Shown piece after piece: positions 56,561 to 64,000 of a stretch of 64,000 nucleotides of DNA (within the stretch, counting starts at the first letter, position 1; the number at the start of each line of letters is the position of its first letter). This DNA comes from an uncultured Gammaproteobacteria bacterium (lineage in GTDB: Bacteria > Patescibacteriota > Patescibacteriia > Magasanikbacterales > GWA2-37-8). A model generated the notes under the pieces. It did not search any database and was not told where the DNA came from. It worked only from the letters and a program-made list of their open reading frames with translations. The stretch is from the NCBI GenBank assembly GCA_964634875.1, contig CAZWKA010000008.1, positions 978 through 64,977 on the forward strand, in the 5' to 3' direction. The translations under genes and the position numbers were made by a program.

Positions 56561-57178
56561 ATGCACCTCTCCTGGCTGGGCCAAACTTGCCTTAAATTAC
56601 AGACCAAACAAATGGACGAAGACGTTGTTATTCTCTTCGATCCTTATAAACCGGAAAAAGGAGATTTCCCACGTAGTTTTTCTCCTCAAGTAGCCCTTTT
56701 TTCCCACCGCGAAGATGACAGCGCTACGCTTTCCCAAGACCCTTTCATAATCAGCACCCTAGGTGAATTTGATATCAAAGGCGTTCTCATAAGTGCTTGG
56801 CCTGGTTCGAACGGCACCATTGTTTTTAAGGTGACTGCCGAAGGAATGTCAGTTGTCCATTTGGGCAATACTACCGAAAAGCTATCAGCTGATTTAATCG
56901 AAAAACTTGGCAAAATTGATATTTTAGCCCTCCCGGTTGGAGGTGAAAAAAAATACCTTACTCCGAGCATTGCCGCCGAAATTGTTAACGACCTCGAACC
57001 GCGCGTTGTCATTCCAATGGGCTACCACTCTGATAATGACCCAGAAGTGAAACCAATTGAAGATTTCATTAAAGAAAGCGGATTAAAAGCTACACTTACC
57101 GACAAAAAAGTAATTCTTAAAGCCAAGGACTTGCCTCAAGAAGACATGCAGTTAATAGTCCTTGAAAAAAATATCTAA
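56561..57178 (+). CDS. MBL-fold metal-dependent hydrolase (UPF0173-like)
   Basis: Start MHLSWLGQTCLKL.. resembles UPF0173 N-termini (MKITWLGHSA..). Beta-lactamase-fold pattern with a degenerate HxHxDH region (SHREDD). Start chosen at the internal Met; the track ORF begins at 56486. Confidence 0.5.
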   Translation: MHLSWLGQTCLKLQTKQMDEDVVILFDPYKPEKGDFPRSFSPQVALFSHREDDSATLSQDPFIISTLGEFDIKGVLISAWPGSNGTIVFKVTAEGMSVVHLGNTTEKLSADLIEKLGKIDILALPVGGEKKYLTPSIAAEIVNDLEPRVVIPMGYHSDNDPEVKPIEDFIKESGLKATLTDKKVILKAKDLPQEDMQLIVLEKNI

Positions 57179-57266
57179 ATAACGGGTAGCAAGAACATCA
57201 AGGGGGCTCGGGAGGTATGCAGAAAAGTGTATCTCTGATCCTTCTCGAGCTTCTTTGTAGCTCGTT

Positions 57267-57761
57267 TTGCCTATGCCACAAAAAAAATCAGGCGCTCCTA
57301 AAAAAACCCGACAATCTGCAGCGAAAAAAAAATCCACTGCGGACATCCCGAGTCTTGTGTTTAATGAAGCCTCTTTTAAAACAACCAAAAAAAAGCCTCT
57401 CCCCGAGACACCCGGCAGCGCTATACAGGCATATGAAACCGTGTTTACCCAGCAAGCCCAGGCCAAACGCTGGATGTGGATTGGTGTTGGTAGTTTCCTC
57501 CTCATGATCAGTATACTCTGGGGTTGGTCACTCAAACTCCAAATTGCCTCCTTCCGTTGGAGTGGCTCCGCTGAAGAAAAATTCCTTGAAGAAAACAAAA
57601 AGAATTGGACTGAGGCATTTAAACCAATTGCCTCCAGCACACCAACCGAAACACCTCAAGCAAAAATAAAGGAAACGATCGCCCTTATCCTTGAAGCCAG
57701 CAGCACAACTACTGCAACAACTACTGCAACATCAACAACACCAACCACTACTCAGCAATAA
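57267..57761 (+). CDS. Small membrane protein with basic N-terminus and Thr-rich C-terminus (hypothetical)
   Basis: One TM (..WMWIGVGSFLLMISILWGWSL..). Low-complexity ATTTATSTTPTTT tail. Confidence 0.35.
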   Translation: MPMPQKKSGAPKKTRQSAAKKKSTADIPSLVFNEASFKTTKKKPLPETPGSAIQAYETVFTQQAQAKRWMWIGVGSFLLMISILWGWSLKLQIASFRWSGSAEEKFLEENKKNWTEAFKPIASSTPTETPQAKIKETIALILEASSTTTATTTATSTTPTTTQQ

Positions 57762-57791
57762 TTTGCAAAGCAATTAAGCACCCTTTTTGTT

Positions 57792-60257
57792 ATGTCCCAG
57801 CAACCCAAACTGATCGTCCAAGAAGCCGGTAAAATTACTCCCGCCGCTATCGTTGACGAAATCAAGCAGTCCTACCTTGAGTATGCCATGAGCGTTATCG
57901 TCTCACGTGCGCTCCCCGACGTCCGCGACGGCCTTAAACCCGTGCACCGCCGCATTCTCTACGCCATGTGGCGCATGGGGCTGCGCCACAACACCAAATA
58001 TCGTAAATCAGCCCACGTAGTCGGTGAAGTGATGGCGAAGTACCATCCTCATGGCGACAGCGCGATTTACGACTCGCTGGTTCGTATGGCCCAAGATTTC
58101 TCGATGCGCCATCAATTAATCGATGGTCAGGGAAACTTTGGTTCCATGGACGGCGATTCGGCGGCCGCATATCGTTATACCGAGGCACGCCTCCGTGCCC
58201 TCGCTGAAGAAATGCTGCTCGACATTGAAAAAAACACTGTCCGCTCTGCTCCGAACTATGATGGCTCACACGATGAGCCAACAGTCCTACCCGCTAAAGT
58301 GCCCAACCTGCTGTTGAATGGAACAATGGGTATTGCGGTCGGTATGGCCACCAGTATTCCACCCCACAATCTCTCTGAACTCTGTTTGGGTGTTATCAAA
58401 CTGATCGAAAATCCAGAAACCACGGTCGAAGAACTCGCCGAGGTTATTAAAGGCCCCGACTTTCCAACCGGCGGCATTATTTACAACAAAAAAGATATCC
58501 TAGCTGCCTACACCAGCGGTCGGGGCGGCATCGTGATGCGCGCCAAAGCCGACATCAAAGAAAATAAGGCCGGTCAATTCCAGATTATTGTGACCGAAGT
58601 GCCTTACCAGGTGAACAAAGCTGAAATGATCGAAAAAATCGCCATGCTGGTTCAGGAGAAAAAAATCGAAGGCATTAAAGACCTCCGCGACGAATCAAAT
58701 AAAGAAGGCGTGCGCGTTGTGGTTGATCTCAAAAAAGATTCCTATCCGAAAAAAATCCTTAACCAACTTTTCAAACTCACAGCGCTACAGACCACGTTCC
58801 ATGTCAACATGCTGGCACTCGTTGACGGCATCCAGCCGCGCGTCCTTAACCTCAAAAATGTTCTTGAAGAATTTGTTAAGCATCGTCAGGTCGTGATTCG
58901 TGCCCGCACCGAATTTGACCTAAACAAAAATAAAGAACGGGCTCACATTTTGGAAGGCCTTAAAATGGCGCTCGACAAAATTGATTTGGTGATCAAAACT
59001 ATCCGCGCTTCCAAAGACAAGGACGAAGCGAAAACTGAGCTCATGGCTCAATTTAAATTCAGCGACCGCCAAGCGACGGCGATTTTGGAAATGCGCCTCC
59101 AACAATTAGCCAACCTTGAACGCCAAAAAGTAGAAGATGAGTTAGCTGAGAAAAAAGCTACCATCAAAGAACTCGAAGCCATTCTGGCCTCGGAAGTAAA
59201 AATCTTAAACATTGTTAAAACTGAAACCGAAGAAATTAATGAAAAATATGGCGAGGAACGCCGCACACAGATTGTCAGCCACGGCATCAAAGATTTTACG
59301 GTCGAAGACTTGATCCCGAACGAACCGACGATCATCATGACAACAACCGATGGCTACATCAAACGGCTACCCCCGGATACTTTCCGCCAACAATCCCGTG
59401 GTGGCAAAGGCGTCATTGGCGTTACCACTAAAGAAGAAGAATCTGTTGAGCAGCTGCTGACCACCAATACCCACGACAACATTCTTTTCTTCACCAACCG
59501 TGGACGCGTGTTCCAACTCTCTGCTTACGAAATTCCGCAGGGTAGTCGCACTGCCAAGGGTCAGGCAATGGTCAATTTCCTCCAGCTTGCCCCGAACGAA
59601 AAAGTCAGCACCATGCTATCAATGAGCGACCTGACGGATCTGAAATACCTGGTGATGGTTACCAAAAAAGGTCTCATTAAAAAAACTGCCCTTGAAGACT
59701 ATGCCAACGTGCGCCGAAGCGGCCTTATCGCCCTTAAACTCCGACTCGATGACAGCATGGAATGGGTACGTCCATCAAGTGGCGCTGACGATATTATGAT
59801 CGCCACCAAAGAAGGACAGGCGATCCGCTTCAAAGAAAGCGATGCCAGGTCCATGGGTCGTACGGCGAGCGGTGTGCGCGGTATTCGCCTGCACGGAAAT
59901 GACGAAGTCATCGGTATGGATACAGTTGACCCCAAAAATAAAAGTATTGAATTCTTGACGATTGGTGAAAACGGCCTCGGCAAGCTAACCGAGATTGCTA
60001 ATTACAAAGTCCAGGGACGTGGTGGCAGCGGTATCAAAACTGCCAAAGTAAGTGAAAAAACCGGCTTCGTCATTCACGGTAGTGCAGTAGATACAGCCAA
60101 AGCCGATGAGCGCGATATCGTCATGATGTCCACCAAAGGTCAGGTTATTCGTATGCCATTCAAATCCATCCCCTCTTCTGGACGCGCTACGCAAGGCGTA
60201 CGCCTGATGCGCTTCAAAGAAGAAGATGACAAAGTTGTCAGCGTAACACTCATCTAA
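57792..60257 (+). CDS. gyrA: DNA gyrase subunit A
   Basis: N-terminus ..[32 protein letters not shown].. is the GyrA signature. Includes the active-site Tyr region and C-terminal beta-pinwheel repeats. Confidence 0.95.
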   Translation: MSQQPKLIVQEAGKITPAAIVDEIKQSYLEYAMSVIVSRALPDVRDGLKPVHRRILYAMWRMGLRHNTKYRKSAHVVGEVMAKYHPHGDSAIYDSLVRMAQDFSMRHQLIDGQGNFGSMDGDSAAAYRYTEARLRALAEEMLLDIEKNTVRSAPNYDGSHDEPTVLPAKVPNLLLNGTMGIAVGMATSIPPHNLSELCLGVIKLIENPETTVEELAEVIKGPDFPTGGIIYNKKDILAAYTSGRGGIVMRAKADIKENKAGQFQIIVTEVPYQVNKAEMIEKIAMLVQEKKIEGIKDLRDESNKEGVRVVVDLKKDSYPKKILNQLFKLTALQTTFHVNMLALVDGIQPRVLNLKNVLEEFVKHRQVVIRARTEFDLNKNKERAHILEGLKMALDKIDLVIKTIRASKDKDEAKTELMAQFKFSDRQATAILEMRLQQLANLERQKVEDELAEKKATIKELEAILASEVKILNIVKTETEEINEKYGEERRTQIVSHGIKDFTVEDLIPNEPTIIMTTTDGYIKRLPPDTFRQQSRGGKGVIGVTTKEEESVEQLLTTNTHDNILFFTNRGRVFQLSAYEIPQGSRTAKGQAMVNFLQLAPNEKVSTMLSMSDLTDLKYLVMVTKKGLIKKTALEDYANVRRSGLIALKLRLDDSMEWVRPSSGADDIMIATKEGQAIRFKESDARSMGRTASGVRGIRLHGNDEVIGMDTVDPKNKSIEFLTIGENGLGKLTEIANYKVQGRGGSGIKTAKVSEKTGFVIHGSAVDTAKADERDIVMMSTKGQVIRMPFKSIPSSGRATQGVRLMRFKEEDDKVVSVTLI

Positions 60258-60279
60258 AAAAGTACAAACAAAAAGACAA

Positions 60280-60310
60280 CCGCTATGGTTGTCTTTTTGT
60301 TTATTCCTTC
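60280..60310 (+). terminator. Rho-independent terminator of gyrA
   Basis: AAAGACAACC-GCUAU-GGUUGUCUUU followed by UUGUUU. A second hairpin UUCCUUCAU..AUGAAGGAA follows at 60315-60338. Confidence 0.6.
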
Positions 60311-60487
60311 ATAATACATGAAGGAATAAAGAACGGACTTCGGCTCGTAATTGTACCGAGCAATGCCGGAACGAAGCCTGGACAGACGTTTGACATGTTC
60401 ATGAACTTGACGCAGCAGCAGCCGACGTTTTTCTATCGAAAAAGTAGGGTTGCGTTGTGTCTACGGCGACAAACTTCGATTGTTTCG

Positions 60488-60559
60488 TGCCCCCATGAGG
60501 AATCGAACCTCAATCGCAAGCTTCGGAGGCTCGCATTTTATCCATTAAACTATGGAGGC
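60488..60559 (-). tRNA. tRNA-Arg, anticodon CCG
   Basis: Manual fold of the reverse complement. Acceptor GCCUCCA/UGGGGGC (one G-U); anticodon stem GCGAGC/GCUUGC with loop CUCCGAA (U33, CCG, A37); T-arm UGAGG-UUCGAUU-CCUCA; discriminator A. Confidence 0.75.
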
Positions 60560-60564
60560 AAATT

Positions 60565-61566
60565 TTATACAAGTCTACGCAACCGCCGCAAAAGTTGATA
60601 TATCCTATACTGGAGCGGCCGAAGAATCAAGTCAAACGTCCCAGGCGTTTCTACAACACTACCACCGAACCCTAATTTGAATCTTGTTACTCCGGCATAC
60701 TGGTGTTTCGGATCATACACATATTCTTCAGTTTCGAGTTTGGAGTTTGGAATCACAAGACGAGGTGCAATCCCAAAAAAATCATACTTTATGTATCCTA
60801 ATTTTTTACCAAGCTTAATCCCCTCCCACTGCAAGAGGTAGGGTGCCATCAGTGAACGGTACTCGTGATCCGATGCGCCGAACAAATACGTGAATGTATC
60901 ACCCGAACCTACAAACACGGCTGTTGCAACAGCTTTTTCTTCATGAACGACCGTAAGTTGTAGACTAAAACTCGAATTAAAAATCGCCTGATAATGCTTT
61001 TCTTCGTGCAACCTGAAACCGTCCCGCTCACCAGTTTTTTTCATGAGCCCAATAAATACGGCGTACTTTTTTTCTGAAATAATTTTTAACCCTTTCTTTT
61101 CAGCCAAACGAATATTGTAGCGAGTTTTTTGGTGCATAGCCGCAAGCAACTCATCTTCGGATTTGGCCAGGTCGAGGATCGTCGTCGTGCGAGGGTTGAT
61201 ATCAATCGATTTTTGATAGTGGATAGTGGATAGTGGATTTTTTACGATAAATTCAGGCTCATATCTAAAAAAAAGACAATCTTTTTTCTTAAGATACACA
61301 GACAAAACGTCAAGTGCTTTTATTCCTTGCTCCTTATTCATTGCTCCTTTCGCAAAAACCGGCCCTTTTGGACAAAAGGCGTACAGCCAGCCAAACGGGA
61401 GTTTGCCATAAACAATCTGAGCCTTTACCACCGCCGTGCCATTTTCCATCACGCTGAGGCGCTCAACCTGCCTTTTCTCTGAAACCAAAATTTCACCCCA
61501 ACCCCAGGATTGCGGGAAAACGCTTGTTTTCCAGTCAGTTTTGTCGCTTTCCAGCCGAATTTTCAT
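60565..61566 (-). CDS. FemAB-family aminoacyl-tRNA-dependent peptidoglycan aminoacyltransferase
   Basis: ..YAFCPKGPV.. and ..YLFGASD.. correspond to the conserved FemX/FemAB motifs (YASKGPV, YxYAGS). 333 aa. Confidence 0.65.
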   Translation of the reverse strand: MKIRLESDKTDWKTSVFPQSWGWGEILVSEKRQVERLSVMENGTAVVKAQIVYGKLPFGWLYAFCPKGPVFAKGAMNKEQGIKALDVLSVYLKKKDCLFFRYEPEFIVKNPLSTIHYQKSIDINPRTTTILDLAKSEDELLAAMHQKTRYNIRLAEKKGLKIISEKKYAVFIGLMKKTGERDGFRLHEEKHYQAIFNSSFSLQLTVVHEEKAVATAVFVGSGDTFTYLFGASDHEYRSLMAPYLLQWEGIKLGKKLGYIKYDFFGIAPRLVIPNSKLETEEYVYDPKHQYAGVTRFKLGFGGSVVETPGTFDLILRPLQYRIYQLLRRLRRLV

Positions 61567-61634
61567 AGAATTTCCTCAATACTACCTGAGATTAGGCTAA
61601 AAATCAATAATTTAAGCTTTTACGGGGCTATCCC

Positions 61635-61663
61635 TTGCCAAAACAAGGGATTTGTAGTATAGT
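61635..61663 (+). promoter_or_regulatory. Sigma70-like promoter (TTGCCA-17-TATAGT) for rpmF
   Basis: TTGCCA 61635-61640 and TATAGT 61658-61663. The leader contains the direct repeat TTTATAAACT x2 (61697-61706, 61721-61730). Confidence 0.5.
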
Positions 61664-61738
61664 GACAACGTTCGTAAAGGATATTGTCGCCTAGACTTTA
61701 TAAACTTTAAGGACTTTATACAAATTTATAAACTTCGT

Positions 61739-61948
61739 ATGGGTTTACCCGGTCATCGTCGGACATCCTCTGACAAACGCAAACGCGCCGCTCATTTCGC
61801 TCTGACCGAAATGACGATCCAAAAATGCCCCAAATGCCAGAAACCGCTCCTCCCTCATCGCGCCTGCGCTAACTGCGGCATGTACAAAGGACGCCAAGTT
61901 TTGAATGTCAGCAAAAAATTAACCAGGAAAGCTGCTGCTAAAAAATAA
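61739..61948 (+). CDS. rpmF: 50S ribosomal protein L32
   Basis: ..RRTSSDKRKRAAHFALT.. and the CPKCQK..CANCG zinc ribbon are typical of L32. 69 aa. Confidence 0.85.
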   Translation: MGLPGHRRTSSDKRKRAAHFALTEMTIQKCPKCQKPLLPHRACANCGMYKGRQVLNVSKKLTRKAAAKK

Positions 61949-61977
61949 GGCAGGCTTTATTGTAGGAGGTTTTAAAA

Positions 61978-62044
61978 ACCCTAATTCCTAATGTCTAAAC
62001 TCTTGTGAGCGAATTAGACATTAGCTCATTAGGATTTAGACATC
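61978..62044. repeat. Palindromic repeat element, copy 2 (CCTAATTCCTAATGTCTAAA with inverted partner TTAGACATTAG...TTAGGATTTAGACAT)
   Basis: Forward 20-mer at 61978-61998. The inverted copy TTAGACATTAG at 62015-62025 and CATTAGGATTTAGACAT at 62028-62044 form nested palindromes. Shares a 16/16-1 core with copy 1 at 50112-50127. Confidence 0.5.
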
Positions 62045-62050
62045 GGTTCT

Positions 62051-62506
62051 ATGTCCAATCGCCATCTCGCTCGTTCTATCGCTATGCAATCCCTGTTTGA
62101 ATGGGATTTTCGGGGCGAACCGACTGCCGGGCTCCCGGCTATCGTTGACCACAACTTGGTTGAATTTGGCCCCGGCCTCGAAGAACAGCAATTTGCCAAA
62201 ACCCTTGTCGATGGTGTTATCGAACACCGCTCTGAAATTGACACACTCCTGACGCACTATGCTCCGAGTTGGCCAATCGGCCAAATTACCATTGTCGACC
62301 GTAATATTCTGCGCATCGGTATTTATGAACTTAAATTTTCTAAAGACGTGCCGCCAAAAGTAGCTATCAACGAAGCGATCGAGATCGCAAAAAGCTACGG
62401 TGGCCCTTCAAGCGGCAAATTCATCAATGGTGTCCTCGGTTCCATGTATAACGATCTGCAAAAAGAAACTCCTGCCGCCCCGACCACACCAAACCCTGCT
62501 ACTTAA
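62051..62506 (+). CDS. nusB: Transcription antitermination factor NusB
   Basis: N-terminus ..[17 protein letters not shown].. and ..[10 protein letters not shown].. are NusB signatures. 151 aa. Confidence 0.85.
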   Translation: MSNRHLARSIAMQSLFEWDFRGEPTAGLPAIVDHNLVEFGPGLEEQQFAKTLVDGVIEHRSEIDTLLTHYAPSWPIGQITIVDRNILRIGIYELKFSKDVPPKVAINEAIEIAKSYGGPSSGKFINGVLGSMYNDLQKETPAAPTTPNPAT

Positions 62507-62594
62507 TATTTTATTCATAGTATCGCCTATCGCCTATCGCTTTTACTTCTTTGCAAGTTAGCGCTACACGAAATGCGATATACGCCTTACGTAT

Positions 62595-63374
62595 ATGCCC
62601 GCCATACCTTCGGTCGCTGAACTACCTGAAGTTCAAGAAAAAAACTTCGCCAAACTTGAAGACCACATCAATATTAAATTTAAAAACATCAACTTTTTGG
62701 TGCAGGCGTTTGTCCACCGCTCCTACCTTAATGAACACCACGATTTTCCGCTTGGCCACAATGAACGCCTCGAATTTCTCGGCGACGCCGTGCTCGAGCT
62801 GATTGTCACCGAATTTTTGTTTGAGGAGTATCTCAATCCCGAAGGCGAACTGACCAACTGGCGCGCGGCGCTTGTGAACGCCAAAATTCTGGCCGGTATT
62901 GCCTACGAAATCGGCATGGAGCCGTTCCTCTTCCTCAGCCACGGCGAAGCCAAAGATAGCGGCACTAAAGCGCGTGAGTATATTATGGCCAACACCATCG
63001 AAGCAGTTATCGGGGCAATTTACCTCGACCAAGGCTATGATATTTCGCGCCAATTTATCACCCGCTGGATTATTTCGCGTCTTCCCCAAGTCCTTGAACA
63101 AGGCCTCTACATGGATGCCAAGAGCCGTTTCCAAGAGTCTGCCCAAGAACTCCTGGGCATCACCCCCACCTATCGCGTTCTCCACGAGGAAGGGCCTGAC
63201 CACGCCAAAAATTTCAAAGTCGGCGTTTTCCTTGATAAAGAACTGATCGCCTCTGGTAACGGTACCAGCAAGCAAGAAGCCCAGACCGACGCCGCTGAAA
63301 ATGCGATCAAAATCAAAAAATGGAAAGGACCAAAAATTAACATCGTGAAGCGTGAAGCCGGGGGCCCTCTCTAG
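62595..63374 (+). CDS. rnc: Ribonuclease III
   Basis: RNase III signature ERLEFLGDAVLELIVTEFLF plus a C-terminal dsRBD (..GPDHAKNFKVGVFLDKELIASGNGTSKQEAQTDAAENAI..). Confidence 0.9.
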   Translation: MPAIPSVAELPEVQEKNFAKLEDHINIKFKNINFLVQAFVHRSYLNEHHDFPLGHNERLEFLGDAVLELIVTEFLFEEYLNPEGELTNWRAALVNAKILAGIAYEIGMEPFLFLSHGEAKDSGTKAREYIMANTIEAVIGAIYLDQGYDISRQFITRWIISRLPQVLEQGLYMDAKSRFQESAQELLGITPTYRVLHEEGPDHAKNFKVGVFLDKELIASGNGTSKQEAQTDAAENAIKIKKWKGPKINIVKREAGGPL

Positions 63375-63437
63375 GGACTGGACAAAAAACTCATAATCGA
63401 TTATCTTGTTAATGCCGCAAGGCTTAACCAGATTACC

Positions 63438-63510
63438 AGGGTCGGTAGCTCAGCTGGTAGAGCAGATCCCTCTTAAGGATAAGGTCCTGGGTTCGATCCC
63501 CAGCCGACCC
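63438..63510 (+). tRNA. tRNA-Lys, anticodon CUU
   Basis: Acceptor GGGUCGG/CCGACCC; D-arm GCUC-AGCUGGUAGA-GAGC; anticodon loop CUCUUAA (CUU); T-arm CUGGG-UUCGAUC-CCCAG; discriminator A. Confidence 0.8.
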
Positions 63511-63523
63511 ACAGAAGCAAGTT

Positions 63524-63633
63524 CAAAACGCAAAGCTTAAAACGCAAAACTTTAGTATTCGCTCCGCTCATCTATTTTAAAAAATATTATCGCGCAGCGA
63601 CACTTTATTTTTGAACTTTAAGCTTTGCGTTTT
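63524..63633. repeat. 17-nt perfect inverted repeat (AAAACGCAAAGCUUAAA / UUUAAGCUUUGCGUUUU) separated by ~76 nt, between two tRNA genes
   Basis: Arms at 63524-63540 and 63617-63633. AAAACGCAAA also occurs as a direct repeat (63524-63533, 63538-63547). Confidence 0.5.
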
Positions 63634-63643
63634 ACGTTTATTT

Positions 63644-63715
63644 GCCCTCGTCGTTCAACGGATAGGACGGCAGCCTTCGAAGCTGCATATGTGGGTTCGA
63701 TTCCTGCCGAGGGCA
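63644..63715 (+). tRNA. tRNA-Arg, anticodon UCG
   Basis: Acceptor GCCCUCG/CGAGGGC; D-arm GUUC-AACGGAUA-GGAC; anticodon stem GCAGC/GCUGC with loop CUUCGAA (UCG); T-arm GUGGG-UUCGAUU-CCUGC (two G-U); discriminator A. Confidence 0.75.
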
Positions 63716-63745
63716 CAATAAAGAAAATTGCTCGAACACAATAAA

Positions 63746-63773
63746 ATACTACGCACGCGTAGTATTTTTAAAT
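63746..63773 (+). terminator. Terminator-like hairpin after the tRNA cluster
   Basis: AAAAUACUACGC-ACGCGUAGUAUUUUU, a perfect palindrome followed by a U-run. Confidence 0.5.
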
Positions 63774-64000
63774 AAGTGCAGTCACTACGACTGTGCAGTG
63801 GGACAAAAAATAATTTAAAACAACGCTCTTCCAAATCATTTCCAAAATTTTCATTATCATTTTTAAAATACATCATAAAATTTTCTTTGCCTGTGCATAA
63901 CTTTCGCTTGACCTATTTATTTATTTCTCAAAACAATCTATAATGAACGTAGGTCGAAAGAAAAATTTTTACATCAATGCTTGTTATGTAAAAATTCTTC

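Noticed and set aside
61205-61230. Tandem heptamer repeats GATAGTG x3 (and TATCGCC x3 at 62521-62543) considered as possible CRISPR or satellite
   Set aside because: There are only three units of 7 nt, with no spacers and no cas genes. One lies inside the FemAB coding sequence, in frame, encoding a short repeated peptide. These are simple slippage repeats, not an array.

Overview
This 64-kb window looks like a chromosomal segment from a low-GC bacterium (about 45-47% GC) with small genes and no Shine-Dalgarno (SD) sequences upstream of host genes. That is reminiscent of Patescibacteria/CPR (possibly Saccharibacteria-like); the lineage call is inference only. I can support the following content.

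- Housekeeping and repair: two UvrA paralogs, uvrB, a short uvrC, gyrA, ftsH, thrS, miaA, hpt, gmk, prfA-prmC, nusB-rnc.
- Ribosomal proteins: L19, L31, L25, S1, L32.
- RNA genes: four tRNAs (Ile-UAU, Arg-CCG on the minus strand, Lys-CUU, Arg-UCG) and an RNase P RNA gene (rnpB) with its own promoter and terminator. The ORF track mis-calls rnpB as the N-terminus of a protein.
- Cell-envelope cluster: a WbaP-like sugar transferase, three GT4 glycosyltransferases, two large surface/membrane proteins, FtsW/RodA, MltG, FemAB, a PilB ATPase, an Nramp transporter and an adjacent MgtE-N/CBS protein.

The most striking feature is three sharply delimited high-GC patches (about 58-66% GC): 18.65-20.05 kb, 23.6-27.85 kb and 35.5-35.76 kb. 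Their genes carry clear SD sequences (two lipoproteins, a tandem pair of POT-family peptide transporters, one tiny ORF). These look like foreign DNA inserted intergenically around a nucleotide-excision-repair neighbourhood (uvrC, a UvrA paralog lacking the insertion domain, uvrB); an assembly chimera must be excluded.

Other leads are a terminator-containing leader upstream of hpt (candidate riboswitch), a ~20-nt palindromic motif shared by two intergenic loci, and a large inverted repeat between two tRNAs. Several sigma70-like promoters and rho-independent terminators can be read directly.
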